62,753 bases of DNA from an uncultured Erysipelotrichaceae bacterium (GTDB lineage Bacteria; Bacillota_I; Bacilli_A; RF39; UBA660), in contig CAOJRP010000006.1 in the NCBI GenBank assembly GCA_948442015.1, forward strand, positions 1 through 62,753, read 5' to 3'. Of this stretch, positions 31,439 to 41,860 are shown in pieces (within the stretch, counting starts at the first letter, position 1; every line of letters starts with the position of its first letter). The notes beneath the pieces were generated by a model. It made no database searches, was not told the DNA's origin, and saw nothing but the letters and a program-made list of their open reading frames with translations. The position numbers and the translations under genes are program-made.

Positions 31439-32320
31439 CTATACATATTTTCCATCAATAATTTTATTTTTTAACATTTGTTTATTATAAATGTCTATTC
31501 CTTCAAGACACTCTTCAATATTTATTATATCTTCTTCAGATAATTCTATATTTAAAGCATTAATTAATTCATCTAAATGAGTTTCTTTAGTGCAACCAGT
31601 TAAACAAATAATATCTTTATTCTTATTTAAAGCCCATGCATAACACAAAACTGGCAGAGTTATATTTCTACTTTTAGCAAATTCTTTTAATTTATCTAAA
31701 ATATTTTTAGGGACTAACTCTTCTAACTTACCACTAGCATTTAAACCATAGACAATGACTTGGATTCCTAATTCCTTAGCTACTTTTAACATCTCATCTT
31801 CAATACCTCTATTAATTAAAGAATATCGCATTTCAATATAATCAATATGGTGAATATTGTTAGCAATCTTTAATACTTCAGGACTTATTTCAGATAAAGA
31901 AATATATTTTATATAACCTTCTTCTTTTAACTTAACTAACTCATTCATTAAATCCTCAATATTTGCATTCTCATCAATTCTAGCTGGTTCAAAGATATCA
32001 ACATAATCTAAGCCTAGTCTTGTTAAAGAATATTTTAAATGAGCTCTAATATTTCTTATATCCGAATCTACTCCATAATATTTTCCATTTAAATCAGGTA
32101 ATGCTCCATATTTTAAAGAAATAACATATTCATCTCTTGGAATATCTTTTAAAGCTTCTCTAAGAACTAATTCTGTAGCTCCAGCATTATAGAATTCACC
32201 TGTATTAATCATTTTTATTCCACTTTTTAATGCCTTATGAATTGTTTTAATCGACTCTTCTTGATTATCAAAATTCATTCGCATTGTTCCTAGACCAAGT
32301 CTTTCAATACTTTTACTCAT
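31439..32320 (-). CDS. Aldo/keto reductase
   Basis: LGLGTM, SLTRLGLDYVDI, ISLSE. Confidence 0.9.
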   Translation of the reverse strand: MSKSIERLGLGTMRMNFDNQEESIKTIHKALKSGIKMINTGEFYNAGATELVLREALKDIPRDEYVISLKYGALPDLNGKYYGVDSDIRNIRAHLKYSLTRLGLDYVDIFEPARIDENANIEDLMNELVKLKEEGYIKYISLSEISPEVLKIANNIHHIDYIEMRYSLINRGIEDEMLKVAKELGIQVIVYGLNASGKLEELVPKNILDKLKEFAKSRNITLPVLCYAWALNKNKDIICLTGCTKETHLDELINALNIELSEEDIINIEECLEGIDIYNKQMLKNKIIDGKYV

Positions 32321-32477
32321 TTTTAATACCTCTTACTATAAATTATAAACTATAGTTAAGTTTTAAACAAGAAAAGAATAAATAGCATCATAGAAGTTTT
32401 TTAAATTATATTTAATAAAATTGAATCACACTTTTGCAAACGTTTTAAATATATTTATCACACTTTTGTAAAAATAA

Positions 32478-32915
32478 TCATTTATGATATGTTTCATTAT
32501 TAATAATTTTAAAAGAACGATATATTTGTTCTAGCAATATTCCTCGAAATAGACCATGAGGAAAAGTTAGGTTAGAAAAAGATAAACGATAATTAGCTAA
32601 TGCTTTAATATCATCATGTAATCCTAAAGAACTACCTATAATAAAAGTAATCGTTCCATAAGAATTAAAAGTAGTATCTTGCTTTTTAGCAAGTTCTATA
32701 CTAGACAGACTTACTCCCTCAATTTCTAAAGTAATAACATAATCATTACTTCCAATATGTTTTTTTATACTATCTCTTTCTTTATCTAAAGTACTTTCAT
32801 CTTTTACTTCTATTATTTCTAATTTATGATATTTACTTATTCTTTTACTATAGTCATCAATTAAATCATTTAAATATTTTTCTTTTATTTTCCCAACACA
32901 AATAATCTTAATCAT
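32478..32915 (-). CDS. rlmH: 23S rRNA pseudouridine-1915 methyltransferase
   Basis: VGKIKEKY, LTFPH, EQIYRSFKI..NETYHK. Confidence 0.97.
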   Translation of the reverse strand: MIKIICVGKIKEKYLNDLIDDYSKRISKYHKLEIIEVKDESTLDKERDSIKKHIGSNDYVITLEIEGVSLSSIELAKKQDTTFNSYGTITFIIGSSLGLHDDIKALANYRLSFSNLTFPHGLFRGILLEQIYRSFKIINNETYHK

Positions 32916-33679
32916 AACACAATAATCTCACTTTTCTCATCTTGTCTAGCACAAGTAATATTCTTAAACTTAACTCCGTATTCTAAAAAGACACTATTAA
33001 TTGTTTCCAAAGCTAATTCTTCCCTATTATTCTTTTTGCTTAAATGCGTTAAGATAATTTTCTTAGTATTGCCTCCAACTAACTTAGCCAAGTAAATAGA
33101 AGCATCTTTATTCGATAAATGCCCACTAGCCCCAACTATTCGTTTCTTTAGCCATTCGGGATAAGCTCCATTCATAAGTAGTTCAACATCGTGATTGCTT
33201 TCAAATAAGTAAACATCTAAATTACTAAGAATACGAAAATATCTTTGATTCAAATATCCTGTATCCGTAATATATGCCACACTTTTACCACCACTAGTAA
33301 AGACAAAACTTCTAGAGTCACTGGCATCATGACTAGTTTTGATTACATTAATTTTTAATCCATCTAAATAAATATCATCATCATAAACTATTATATTTCC
33401 ATAATCTCTTAAAACAGGCAATTCATCTAACATCTTTTTAGTTACTAAAATAGTAGCATCATATTTATGAGTAAAGGTCTTTAAAGCTTTAACGTGGTCA
33501 TCATGAACATGGCTAATAAGGACATAATCAATCTCCATTATATTAACATCTATTTCTTCTAATTTATTTTTAATATATTTAACAGTTGTTCCTAAATCAA
33601 CTAATATTTTATGCCTATCTGTTTCAATATAAGTACAATTTCCTTCTGATCCACTAGCTAAAACACAAACTTTCATCAT
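32912..33679 (-). CDS. YycJ/WalJ-like MBL-fold hydrolase
   Basis: LASGSEGN, HxHxDH, ESNHD, GHLSN, HLS. Confidence 0.92.
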   Translation of the reverse strand: MMKVCVLASGSEGNCTYIETDRHKILVDLGTTVKYIKNKLEEIDVNIMEIDYVLISHVHDDHVKALKTFTHKYDATILVTKKMLDELPVLRDYGNIIVYDDDIYLDGLKINVIKTSHDASDSRSFVFTSGGKSVAYITDTGYLNQRYFRILSNLDVYLFESNHDVELLMNGAYPEWLKKRIVGASGHLSNKDASIYLAKLVGGNTKKIILTHLSKKNNREELALETINSVFLEYGVKFKNITCARQDEKSEIIVL

Positions 33680-35178
33680 TTTAAATTCCATAACCTTTTT
33701 GGGTCGATTGGACGTCCACCATTATAAGGAACACCAACATAAACTGCTAAATGAAGATGAACTCCTGTAGCATAGCCAGAATCTCCCATTGTGCCTATTC
33801 TTTGTCTTGACGTTACAATATCGCCAACTTTAACCTCAATAGAATTTAAATGGGCATAGGCAGAATAATAACCATTAGAATGCTTTATAACAATGCAATT
33901 TCCAGAGTTTCTACCCATCATTCCACCACGACCTGCATCGATTACTTCTCCGTCACCTATAGCATAAATAGGAGACCCTCTTCCTGTTCCTGAAATATCT
34001 AAACCTTCATGTAAAGTTCCCCAACGATATCCAAATGGACTAGTTAAAACATAAGGCGAATTTGTTGGCCATGCCCATGAACCAGTTACAGGGATATAAG
34101 TACCCCAATTTGAATTAACTTTTCTACCTATAGTTACAATTTCTTTTTGCATAGGTCTTATTTCAATACTCTTAGCTTTATCAATAATAGCTTGAGAATT
34201 TTCTTCACCATTTTTTACTTGAATTTGTTTTGTAATACGAGTTATGCCATTAATACCTTCTTGGTCAACATGGCGATAACCATTACTTTTAGAATAATCA
34301 TATTTTGTTTCTGTTTCATAAGGCATTTCTTGGTCTTCAACTACTTCGGACTCATATATTAATGATACTTCTGGCGAAGGTATTTCAATTGTCACATTTT
34401 GTCCTACTGCTAACATCGCATCAGCACTTTTAATACTAGGATTAGCAATCAAAAATTCTTGTACATTTAACTTGGCATCATAAGCAATACTCTCAATTGT
34501 ATCACCTTTTTTTACTTTATAATCTTTAACTTCTGATTCATTGCCATATAAAAGATAATGAGTTAAATCATCCACATTTGTATAAATTTTCTCTAAAACA
34601 CTAATATAAGATTCTTTAATTGTAATTGTTTCATCAAAATACATATTATTAATAATAGAACCAACATCGACTATTTCTGGTTGAGTTCCATCTAAATAAT
34701 TTTGATATTGAGTTGCATCAACAAATGTTGTAATAAAATTTTTAATAGCACTTTCAAAAATAGTTCTATCTAAAACATAAATATATTTAGGAGCAACATT
34801 TTCTTCTTTACTTTTGATAGTTATTGTATATCCTTTTATCGTAAAGTTCTTTGCTTCTTTGATTTGGTTATAAACATTATCAACCGTTGTTGTAAGAGCA
34901 TTATATGTTGTATATTCCTCAATTTTAAATCCATTAGGGGGATAAACTTGATTAACGTTATAATTATTCTTTATTTCAATTTGTTCTTCGTTTATTAAGT
35001 CATATAGTTCTTCTCTATTGTCAATAAGTCCAACCTTTTCCCCATCAAGATATATTTGATAAACAGTATCAGGTTTTTCGTATTTAAAGTCACCAAAAAA
35101 CATTAATGCTGTTATTATTGAAAGAACTACTGTAATGATAATACTGGTTCTATATACTTTCAAAGTTTCTTTAGTCAT
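33676..35178 (-). CDS. LysM + G5 + M23 peptidase
   Basis: YKVKKGDTIESIA (LysM), QEGING (G5), HEGLD/YAHL/HLH (M23). Confidence 0.92.
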   Translation of the reverse strand: MTKETLKVYRTSIIITVVLSIITALMFFGDFKYEKPDTVYQIYLDGEKVGLIDNREELYDLINEEQIEIKNNYNVNQVYPPNGFKIEEYTTYNALTTTVDNVYNQIKEAKNFTIKGYTITIKSKEENVAPKYIYVLDRTIFESAIKNFITTFVDATQYQNYLDGTQPEIVDVGSIINNMYFDETITIKESYISVLEKIYTNVDDLTHYLLYGNESEVKDYKVKKGDTIESIAYDAKLNVQEFLIANPSIKSADAMLAVGQNVTIEIPSPEVSLIYESEVVEDQEMPYETETKYDYSKSNGYRHVDQEGINGITRITKQIQVKNGEENSQAIIDKAKSIEIRPMQKEIVTIGRKVNSNWGTYIPVTGSWAWPTNSPYVLTSPFGYRWGTLHEGLDISGTGRGSPIYAIGDGEVIDAGRGGMMGRNSGNCIVIKHSNGYYSAYAHLNSIEVKVGDIVTSRQRIGTMGDSGYATGVHLHLAVYVGVPYNGGRPIDPKRLWNLK

Positions 35179-35180
35179 AA

Positions 35181-36539
35181 TTATTCCTCTTCATCCTTGT
35201 CTGCATCTGTTTCTAAGAAATTTCTAAAATTACTCATATTAAGTTCAAATAGTAATTTAAACTTCCCAGTTGAACCTTTACGATGCTTAGCTATAATTAT
35301 ATCACATGGAACATTTTTTTCTTTATTTATTTCTTCTTTTGGTTTCATATAATCTTTTCGATTAATAAATAATACCATATCTGCATCTTGTTCTATTGAG
35401 CCAGATTCTCTTAAGTCAGCAAGCATTGGTTGATTGCTTTCTCTTCTCTCGGCATTTCTTGATAATTGAGCAAGAGCTATAACAGGTACTTTTAATTCCA
35501 TTGCCATTGTTTTTAAAGACCTTGATATTTCGGATACCTCTTGTTGTCTTGATTCTGGTCTTCTGCCACCTGATGTAACAAGCTGTAAGTAGTCGATAAC
35601 AACTAGTCCTAAGCCTTCTTTACTACTAGCAAGACGACGACATTTAGCTCTAATTTCGGATGCTGTAATACTGGCATTGTCTTCAATATAAATATTTGTT
35701 TCAGCTAGTTGGCTAATCGCTTCATTATATCTTTTCCAATCGTTATGTTCTAGCATTCCCGTTTGTAATTTAAAGGAGTCAATTTGACCTACAGCACTAA
35801 TCATTCTATTAGCAAGTTGTTCTGCCGGCATTTCTAAGTTAAATACCGCTACAGCTTTCTTAGTTTTAAAAGCAGCATTAGTAGCAATATTAAGAGCAAA
35901 AGCTGTTTTCCCCATACCAGGTCTTGCAGCAATGATTATTAATTCACCTTCATGCAATCCTGCTGTCACGTTATCTAACTTCGTAAATCCTGTTGTTAAA
36001 CCAGTAACAGCATTTCTATTTTGTGATAAAAACTCTAAATGTTCTTGAGCGTTTTTTAATACTTCTTTAATCGATACAAATTCGCTTGTTTGACGACTTC
36101 TGACAACATTTAAAATATTTTTTTCAGCATTATCCAAAAGAGCTGTCACGTTCTCATCATCTTCATAAGCATCAGTAACAATAGAGGTTGCAGTATCAAT
36201 TAAGTGTCTAACAGTTGCTTTTTCTTTAACTATTTTTATGTAATAATCCAAGTTAGCTGTTGTAGCTACTGAGTCGATTACTTCGGAAATGTATTCTAAT
36301 CCTCCAACCGCACTTAAATTTTTTTTCTTATCTAATTCTTCTTTAACAGTTGTGATATCAATAGGAGTTTTTTCTTCATACATTGTTTTAATTGCACTAA
36401 ATAATTTTTTATTTTGAGGTTCATAAAACATATCCTCAGTTAATTCTTCACATATCTTAGATAAAGCTTCTTGATTTAAAAAACTTACACCTAAAACACT
36501 CATTTCCGCTTCCTTATTTTGAGGCATCTGTCTTGCCAT
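35181..36539 (-). CDS. dnaB: Replicative DNA helicase
   Basis: AARPGMGKT, IDYLQL, LRESGSIEQDAD. Confidence 0.99.
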   Translation of the reverse strand: MARQMPQNKEAEMSVLGVSFLNQEALSKICEELTEDMFYEPQNKKLFSAIKTMYEEKTPIDITTVKEELDKKKNLSAVGGLEYISEVIDSVATTANLDYYIKIVKEKATVRHLIDTATSIVTDAYEDDENVTALLDNAEKNILNVVRSRQTSEFVSIKEVLKNAQEHLEFLSQNRNAVTGLTTGFTKLDNVTAGLHEGELIIIAARPGMGKTAFALNIATNAAFKTKKAVAVFNLEMPAEQLANRMISAVGQIDSFKLQTGMLEHNDWKRYNEAISQLAETNIYIEDNASITASEIRAKCRRLASSKEGLGLVVIDYLQLVTSGGRRPESRQQEVSEISRSLKTMAMELKVPVIALAQLSRNAERRESNQPMLADLRESGSIEQDADMVLFINRKDYMKPKEEINKEKNVPCDIIIAKHRKGSTGKFKLLFELNMSNFRNFLETDADKDEEE

Positions 36540-36543
36540 AATA

Positions 36544-36987
36544 TCACCTCGCTTTAACACTAACTTTTATTTCGGCATTTACTTTTTTATGTAATTCTAT
36601 TTTTACATTATGAACTCCTAAAGAATCAATCGGTATTTCTAACATTATTTTCTTTTTATCAATGTTATATCCTTTATTTTTTAATTCATCACATATTTGT
36701 TTTGAAGAAACATTACCAAAAATTCTGCCATCATTACCTGTTTTAACAAAAAATTCTAAAGTAACTTGTTCCAATTTTTCTTTTAATTCTTCACAAGATT
36801 TAATTAAAGCATCTTCATCTTGTTTTCTTTGTTCTAATTGTTTATTAAGTTGTTTTTTGTTTCCTTCGTTAGCAGGAAGAGCAAGTCCATTTTTTATTAA
36901 AAAATTATTTGCATAACCTTCACTAACTTCTATTATTTCATCTTTTTTACCTTGTTTTTTTACATCTTGTAATAGAATTACTTTCAT
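36544..36987 (-). CDS. rplI: 50S ribosomal protein L9
   Basis: MKVILLQDVKKQGKK, GYANNFL. Confidence 0.98.
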   Translation of the reverse strand: MKVILLQDVKKQGKKDEIIEVSEGYANNFLIKNGLALPANEGNKKQLNKQLEQRKQDEDALIKSCEELKEKLEQVTLEFFVKTGNDGRIFGNVSSKQICDELKNKGYNIDKKKIMLEIPIDSLGVHNVKIELHKKVNAEIKVSVKAR

Positions 36988-37230
36988 CTAATCACTCCTT
37001 AATAAATTGTTCTTGAATATTATATCAAATTATATAGAAAAAGGGAAATAGTTATCATAAAAAATTTCCTTATTTTAAGGAAATTATTGATATATCATAA
37101 TTATCTAAAAATTTTTAAATTTTACTAATTTTTAAATTATTGTCTAAATATTTGAACAATAATTTAATTTTTGCTAAGCAATAACAAGATTATTGCAAGA
37201 ACTTCTTTTCAACAATCTAAAATTAGTGAT

Positions 37231-37259
37231 TTTACAAGTATTTTTATTTGTGCTAAAGT
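37231..37259 (+). promoter_or_regulatory. Sigma-A promoter for the small-peptide mRNA
   Basis: TTTACA-17 bp-TAAAGT with extended -10 TG. Confidence 0.6.
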
Positions 37260-37343
37260 ATGACCTAGACACGAAATATTGTTTAATGCCTTTATTTTTA
37301 GTGACTTCTTTAGGGGGTATTAAAAATTTGGAGGTGGATGCGT

Positions 37344-37424
37344 ATGAAGCGAATAATTGACAAATTATTTAAAATCATATACATAATTCTATTTATACAA
37401 ATTTACTTGCTATTGCATAAATAA
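37344..37424 (+). CDS. 26-aa hydrophobic peptide, candidate type I toxin (not in the ORF track)
   Basis: MKRIIDKLFKIIYIILFIQIYLLLHK*, with GGAGGTG RBS (37330-37336) 7 nt upstream. Confidence 0.7.
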   Translation: MKRIIDKLFKIIYIILFIQIYLLLHK

Positions 37425-37492
37425 AATAAGCTGATACAGCAATGTATCAGCACCAACCTTTTAAAGGCAACGAACATATTTCGTGTCTTTAT
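37420..37492 (-). ncRNA. Candidate antisense antitoxin RNA (~70 nt)
   Basis: Minus-strand promoter TTGAAA-17-TATTAT (37527-37499), ending at hairpin gctgataca-ttgc-tgtatcagc (37451-37430) plus a U-rich tail; convergent on the peptide mRNA. Confidence 0.55.
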
Positions 37493-37533
37493 ATTTAGAT
37501 AATAACATAGTTTTTAATGTATTTCAAATAAAT

Positions 37534-38211
37534 TTAATCTCGGTCATTATTGCCAAATATTAAAACAAGTCTTAATATCTGTAAAGCACTAGCCAAAACA
37601 CCTGCTACGTAAGTCATCGCTGCACTAGTTAATATTTTTTTACAACCAATATGTTCTGATGGAACAACAATATTTTCTTCTTCTAGTATTTTAAGAGCTC
37701 TTTTACTAGCATCAAACTCAACTGGCAAAGTAATAAGTTGAAAAATAAGTCCTAACCCAGTTAAAGCAATACCAACATAAACTAAATCTAATGCTTGCAT
37801 AACAATACCAATTAAGATAATTATATATGATAAACTTGTCCCTAAATTAACTATTGGATAAATAAGGCTTCTTAAACGGAGCATAAAATAATTTTCTTTA
37901 TCTTGAATAGCATGTCCACACTCATGAACTGCAATAGCTGCTGCAGCTATCGTTTCTCCATGAAATACTTCGCTAGATAGTCTAACTACTTTCCTTGATG
38001 GGTCATAGTGGTCCGTTAAGTTTCCTTTTACTTCAACAACATAGATATTTGATAAACCATGCTTATCAAGGATTTCTCTTGCTACTTCTTGCCCACTCAT
38101 TTTCTTTTCTAAAGGTTGTTTTTTATAATTACTATAATTAATACTAATAAAAATTTGGGCAACCCCAGGTATTAAAAGTATTAAAATTATAAGAATCAAA
38201 TCCACTTTCAT
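37534..38211 (-). CDS. YugP-like neutral zinc metallopeptidase (membrane)
   Basis: LTDHYDP, HECGHAIQ, LPVEFDASKRA, AAMTYVA. Confidence 0.93.
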   Translation of the reverse strand: MKVDLILIILILLIPGVAQIFISINYSNYKKQPLEKKMSGQEVAREILDKHGLSNIYVVEVKGNLTDHYDPSRKVVRLSSEVFHGETIAAAAIAVHECGHAIQDKENYFMLRLRSLIYPIVNLGTSLSYIIILIGIVMQALDLVYVGIALTGLGLIFQLITLPVEFDASKRALKILEEENIVVPSEHIGCKKILTSAAMTYVAGVLASALQILRLVLIFGNNDRD

Positions 38212-38259
38212 CACTCCTACTAATAAATATAACACGTTATTGTGAAGATTATGTTAAAT

Positions 38260-39570
38260 TTATAAAATATTTTTTTCTACTAGTTCTTCTCTTATTTTGT
38301 CAGCACTTGCAAAATCTTTAATTTCTTTATAAGACAACCATTTATTATATAATTCTTTATCATCACTCAATAATTCTTTCAAATCATACTTCAATCCTAA
38401 AATAGTATTAATTAGATTAATTTTATCATAGGAAATAGTTATATCTTCCTTATTTCTTAAAGCACTATTTAAATCTTTTACTAATTCCATTAAATAACTA
38501 AGCAAATTTGGAGTATTAAAGTCTTCATCCATTATCTCATTAATTCGTTCATCTATCTTTATTTTACCAACTTCTAAATTTCCTAATTGAATTTGCAAAT
38601 TAGCTTGTTTCAATACATCATTTATTTTTTTATCAACGATATTCGCCTCATTAAATAATTCATCTGTAAAATTAAGCGGTAGGCGATAATGTGTTTTAAA
38701 TAAAGCAATCTTAATTACATTAGCTTTATGAAGTTTAATAAAATCTTTGGCTAAAATAAAATTATTTAAGCTCTTACTCATCTTTTCGCCATCAACATTA
38801 ATATGGCCATTATGCATCCAATAATTAGCTAAAGTGTTATTATTTAAAGCGATACTTTGAGCAATTTCATTTTCATGATGCGGAAACTTTAAATCAACTC
38901 CTCCTCCATGAATATCGATTTTTTCACCAAATAAAGAATTAATCATTACAACACATTCTGTGTGCCAACCAGGTATCCCTAAACCCCAAGGTGATTCAAA
39001 TTGTTCTCCCTCCGTTGTCTTACGCCATAAAGCAAAATCTAAAGGACTTTCTTTTTTCTCATCAACTTCAACTCTAATTCCACTTTTTAGTTCATTAATA
39101 TCTTGATTAGATAAAATACCATAATCTTTTATCTTTTCAACCCTGAAATAAACATCACCATCTTTTTCATATGCCATATCTTTTTCAATTAACTTACTAA
39201 TAAAGATATATATATCTTCCATATGTTCTATTACACGAGGACGGTAATTAATTTTTGAACAATTATAACTTTCTAAATCACTTAAATAAGCTTTAATAAA
39301 TTTATCAGCTACATCACGCTCTGTTATTCCAAGTTCTTTAGCAGCTGCAATAATCTTGGGATTAACATCAGTAAAATTAGAGGCATACAAAACATCATAT
39401 CCTAAATACTTAAAATAATTGTAAACCATATCAAAAGTAATGACAGGACGCATGTTACCAATATGAACATAGTTATAGACTGTTGGTCCACAGACATACA
39501 TTTTGACTTTGCCTTTTTCTATAGGAATAAATTCCTCTAACAATCCCGTCAAAGTATTATATATTTTCAT
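38260..39570 (-). CDS. cysS: Cysteine--tRNA ligase
   Basis: YVCGPTVY, HIGN, PGWHTEC, FPHHENE, KMSKS. Confidence 0.99.
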   Translation of the reverse strand: MKIYNTLTGLLEEFIPIEKGKVKMYVCGPTVYNYVHIGNMRPVITFDMVYNYFKYLGYDVLYASNFTDVNPKIIAAAKELGITERDVADKFIKAYLSDLESYNCSKINYRPRVIEHMEDIYIFISKLIEKDMAYEKDGDVYFRVEKIKDYGILSNQDINELKSGIRVEVDEKKESPLDFALWRKTTEGEQFESPWGLGIPGWHTECVVMINSLFGEKIDIHGGGVDLKFPHHENEIAQSIALNNNTLANYWMHNGHINVDGEKMSKSLNNFILAKDFIKLHKANVIKIALFKTHYRLPLNFTDELFNEANIVDKKINDVLKQANLQIQLGNLEVGKIKIDERINEIMDEDFNTPNLLSYLMELVKDLNSALRNKEDITISYDKINLINTILGLKYDLKELLSDDKELYNKWLSYKEIKDFASADKIREELVEKNIL

Positions 39571-39577
39571 TAAATCA

Positions 39578-41005
39578 CTAACTTTCTAAATATTTAATAA
39601 CTTCCTCTTTACCCATTAAATATACTTCATCAGGTAACTCTGGTCCATGCATTTGACCACTTATCTTTATTCTAATTGGCATATAAAGAAGTTTTCCTTT
39701 CACATTTGCTTTCTCTTTCGTATTTTCAATAGCTAAAGCAATATTCTCTGTATTCCACTTTTCAATACTTTTTAACTCATCGCAGAATACTTTTATCGTA
39801 TTTGGTACAGTTTCTTCATTATCCATAAACTCTTTACATTCACCAGTAATTTCAAAACCATCTTGGAAGAATAAACTAGTAACCTCTCCAATCTCTTTTC
39901 CATAGCTTATATGACTCTTATAAACCCTTAAGAGATGATTAATCCATTCTTCACTTTTACTACTTAAATCATATGCAGAAACAAGGAAAGGTTTAACCCA
40001 TTTTACAAAGTCATCATCAGGCATATTTTTAATATATTGCTGATTAACCCATCTAAGTTTCTTAACATCATATTGACTTGATGATTTACTTAATCTTTTT
40101 TCATCAAAATTACTTATAAGTTCATCCATAGTAAAAATCTCTTGATTAGTTGCTGGACTCCAACCAAGTAAACACAAATAATTAACTATTGCTAGAGGAA
40201 GATACCCTTCATCATATAAATCCATAAATGAAGCATCACCATTTCTTTTAGATAATTTATTACCATCTTCTCCCATTACCATTGCAACATGAATATAAGT
40301 AGGTATTTCCCAACCAAAATCATCATAAACAAGATTGTATTTTGCCGTTTGGTCAAGGTATTCATGCCCTCTAATAACATGAGTAATACCCATTAAATGG
40401 TCATCAACAATATTTGCAAAATTATATGTTGGATATCCATCACTTTTAAGTAATATTTGATCTTCTAAAACACTATTATCTATTTTAATTGTTCCATGAA
40501 TTAAATCATGAACTTCTGTTACTCCCTCTTTAGGCATTTTTTGTCTAATAACATAAGGAATATTTTGAGCCATTTTTTCGGCAACTTCTTCTTTTGTTAA
40601 TCTACTACATCTACCATCATATAAAAATGCAGTCTTTTTTTGTTCCGCAACACTTCTTTGATGATTTAGTTCTTCTTCTGTACAAAAACAATAATATGCT
40701 TTTCCCATTTCTACTAGTTTTTCGGCATATTCCTTATAAATCTCTTTTCGCTCACTTTGAATATAAGGTCCAACTTCCCCAGGATTATTCGGCCCCTCAT
40801 CAATATCAAAATGACATAATTCTAAAGTTTTATAGATAAAATCAATAGCACCTTCTACTTTTCTTTCTTGGTCCGTATCTTCTATTCTTAAAATAAATTC
40901 TCCACCATTTTTCTTAGCAACCAAATATTCAAATATTGCTGTTCTTAAATTTCCTATATGCATAAATCCTGTTGGACTTGGTGCAAATCTTGTTCTTACT
41001 TTCAT
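39578..41005 (-). CDS. gltX: Glutamate--tRNA ligase
   Basis: RFAPSPTGFMHIG, KLSKR. Confidence 0.99.
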   Translation of the reverse strand: MKVRTRFAPSPTGFMHIGNLRTAIFEYLVAKKNGGEFILRIEDTDQERKVEGAIDFIYKTLELCHFDIDEGPNNPGEVGPYIQSERKEIYKEYAEKLVEMGKAYYCFCTEEELNHQRSVAEQKKTAFLYDGRCSRLTKEEVAEKMAQNIPYVIRQKMPKEGVTEVHDLIHGTIKIDNSVLEDQILLKSDGYPTYNFANIVDDHLMGITHVIRGHEYLDQTAKYNLVYDDFGWEIPTYIHVAMVMGEDGNKLSKRNGDASFMDLYDEGYLPLAIVNYLCLLGWSPATNQEIFTMDELISNFDEKRLSKSSSQYDVKKLRWVNQQYIKNMPDDDFVKWVKPFLVSAYDLSSKSEEWINHLLRVYKSHISYGKEIGEVTSLFFQDGFEITGECKEFMDNEETVPNTIKVFCDELKSIEKWNTENIALAIENTKEKANVKGKLLYMPIRIKISGQMHGPELPDEVYLMGKEEVIKYLES

Positions 41006-41109
41006 ATATAACACTCCCTTGTTTTCACTTATTTTACCATATTTTATGGAAAAAAACTTAAGAAATTATACGATAATAAAAAAACGATTCCATTAATTCT
41101 GATTATCGT

Positions 41110-41346
41110 TTATTTTCCCTCATCTTCTTTAATATTTTTATCAAATTCCACAAGTAGTTGTCCCAACAATTCTGTATCATTAACTACTTTAATTTCATCG
41201 TTTACTAATTCTCCAATAACAATATTTTTATAGTCAAGAATATCAGCAAGATATATATAATTTTTTCCATTAAGAGTAGCAGAGCTAACTTTAACATATT
41301 TTTTATTATTATCAAGAGTAATAACTAAATCTTTTTCTTTATTCAT
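41110..41346 (-). CDS. Small hypothetical protein (possibly DUF1292-like)
   Basis: ITLDNNKKY...NGKNYIYL; GGAGG RBS overlapping the upstream gene. Confidence 0.65.
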   Translation of the reverse strand: MNKEKDLVITLDNNKKYVKVSSATLNGKNYIYLADILDYKNIVIGELVNDEIKVVNDTELLGQLLVEFDKNIKEDEGK

Positions 41347-41759
41347 CTTGAAAGTCCTCCTAAATTATTTTCTTTCTCATCTTCTAAATCATCTATTAAA
41401 GTTTCTCTATATGCATCTTGCCCCATTTTCTTCATTCTGTTAACAACTTCATTTACTCCATTCTTTTCTTTTAAATTTTCAATACTTTTGTTATATAAAA
41501 CACGCATTTTATCTATTGAAGTAGCTACACTTGCAAATGTCACTCCAGCTATAACAGCTCCAAATATCAAAAATATATAACTTCTTTCTGCAAATATTTC
41601 TATTCCTGTAGTTGTTACTAAACCTACAGCTGTAGCAATAGCAGCTTTGATTCTTTCTCTATTAAACATGGCAGTATCTTTAACTAGTTGTTGCATTTCA
41701 TCATCTAACTCATATATTTCGCTAATTTTTGTTATCTTATATGTTTCTTCATTATTCAT
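41343..41759 (-). CDS. Hypothetical membrane protein with two hydrophobic segments
   Basis: AAIATAVGLVTTTG and YIFLIFGAVIAGVTFASV. Confidence 0.7.
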   Translation of the reverse strand: MNNEETYKITKISEIYELDDEMQQLVKDTAMFNRERIKAAIATAVGLVTTTGIEIFAERSYIFLIFGAVIAGVTFASVATSIDKMRVLYNKSIENLKEKNGVNEVVNRMKKMGQDAYRETLIDDLEDEKENNLGGLSR

Positions 41760-41860
41760 AACTATCACTCCTCATGCCTATTATTTTACCATATAATAAG
41801 TAAAATGGCTTTAATTTTTCATTTGTTTACTATATAATATTCTTAGATGGAGGTTTTAAA

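Noticed and set aside
37267-37488. 6S RNA
   Set aside because: The end-to-end pairing is compatible, but the interior holds a strong RBS with a hydrophobic ORF and a convergent promoter/terminator, which favours type I TA. It is not fully excluded without cmsearch.
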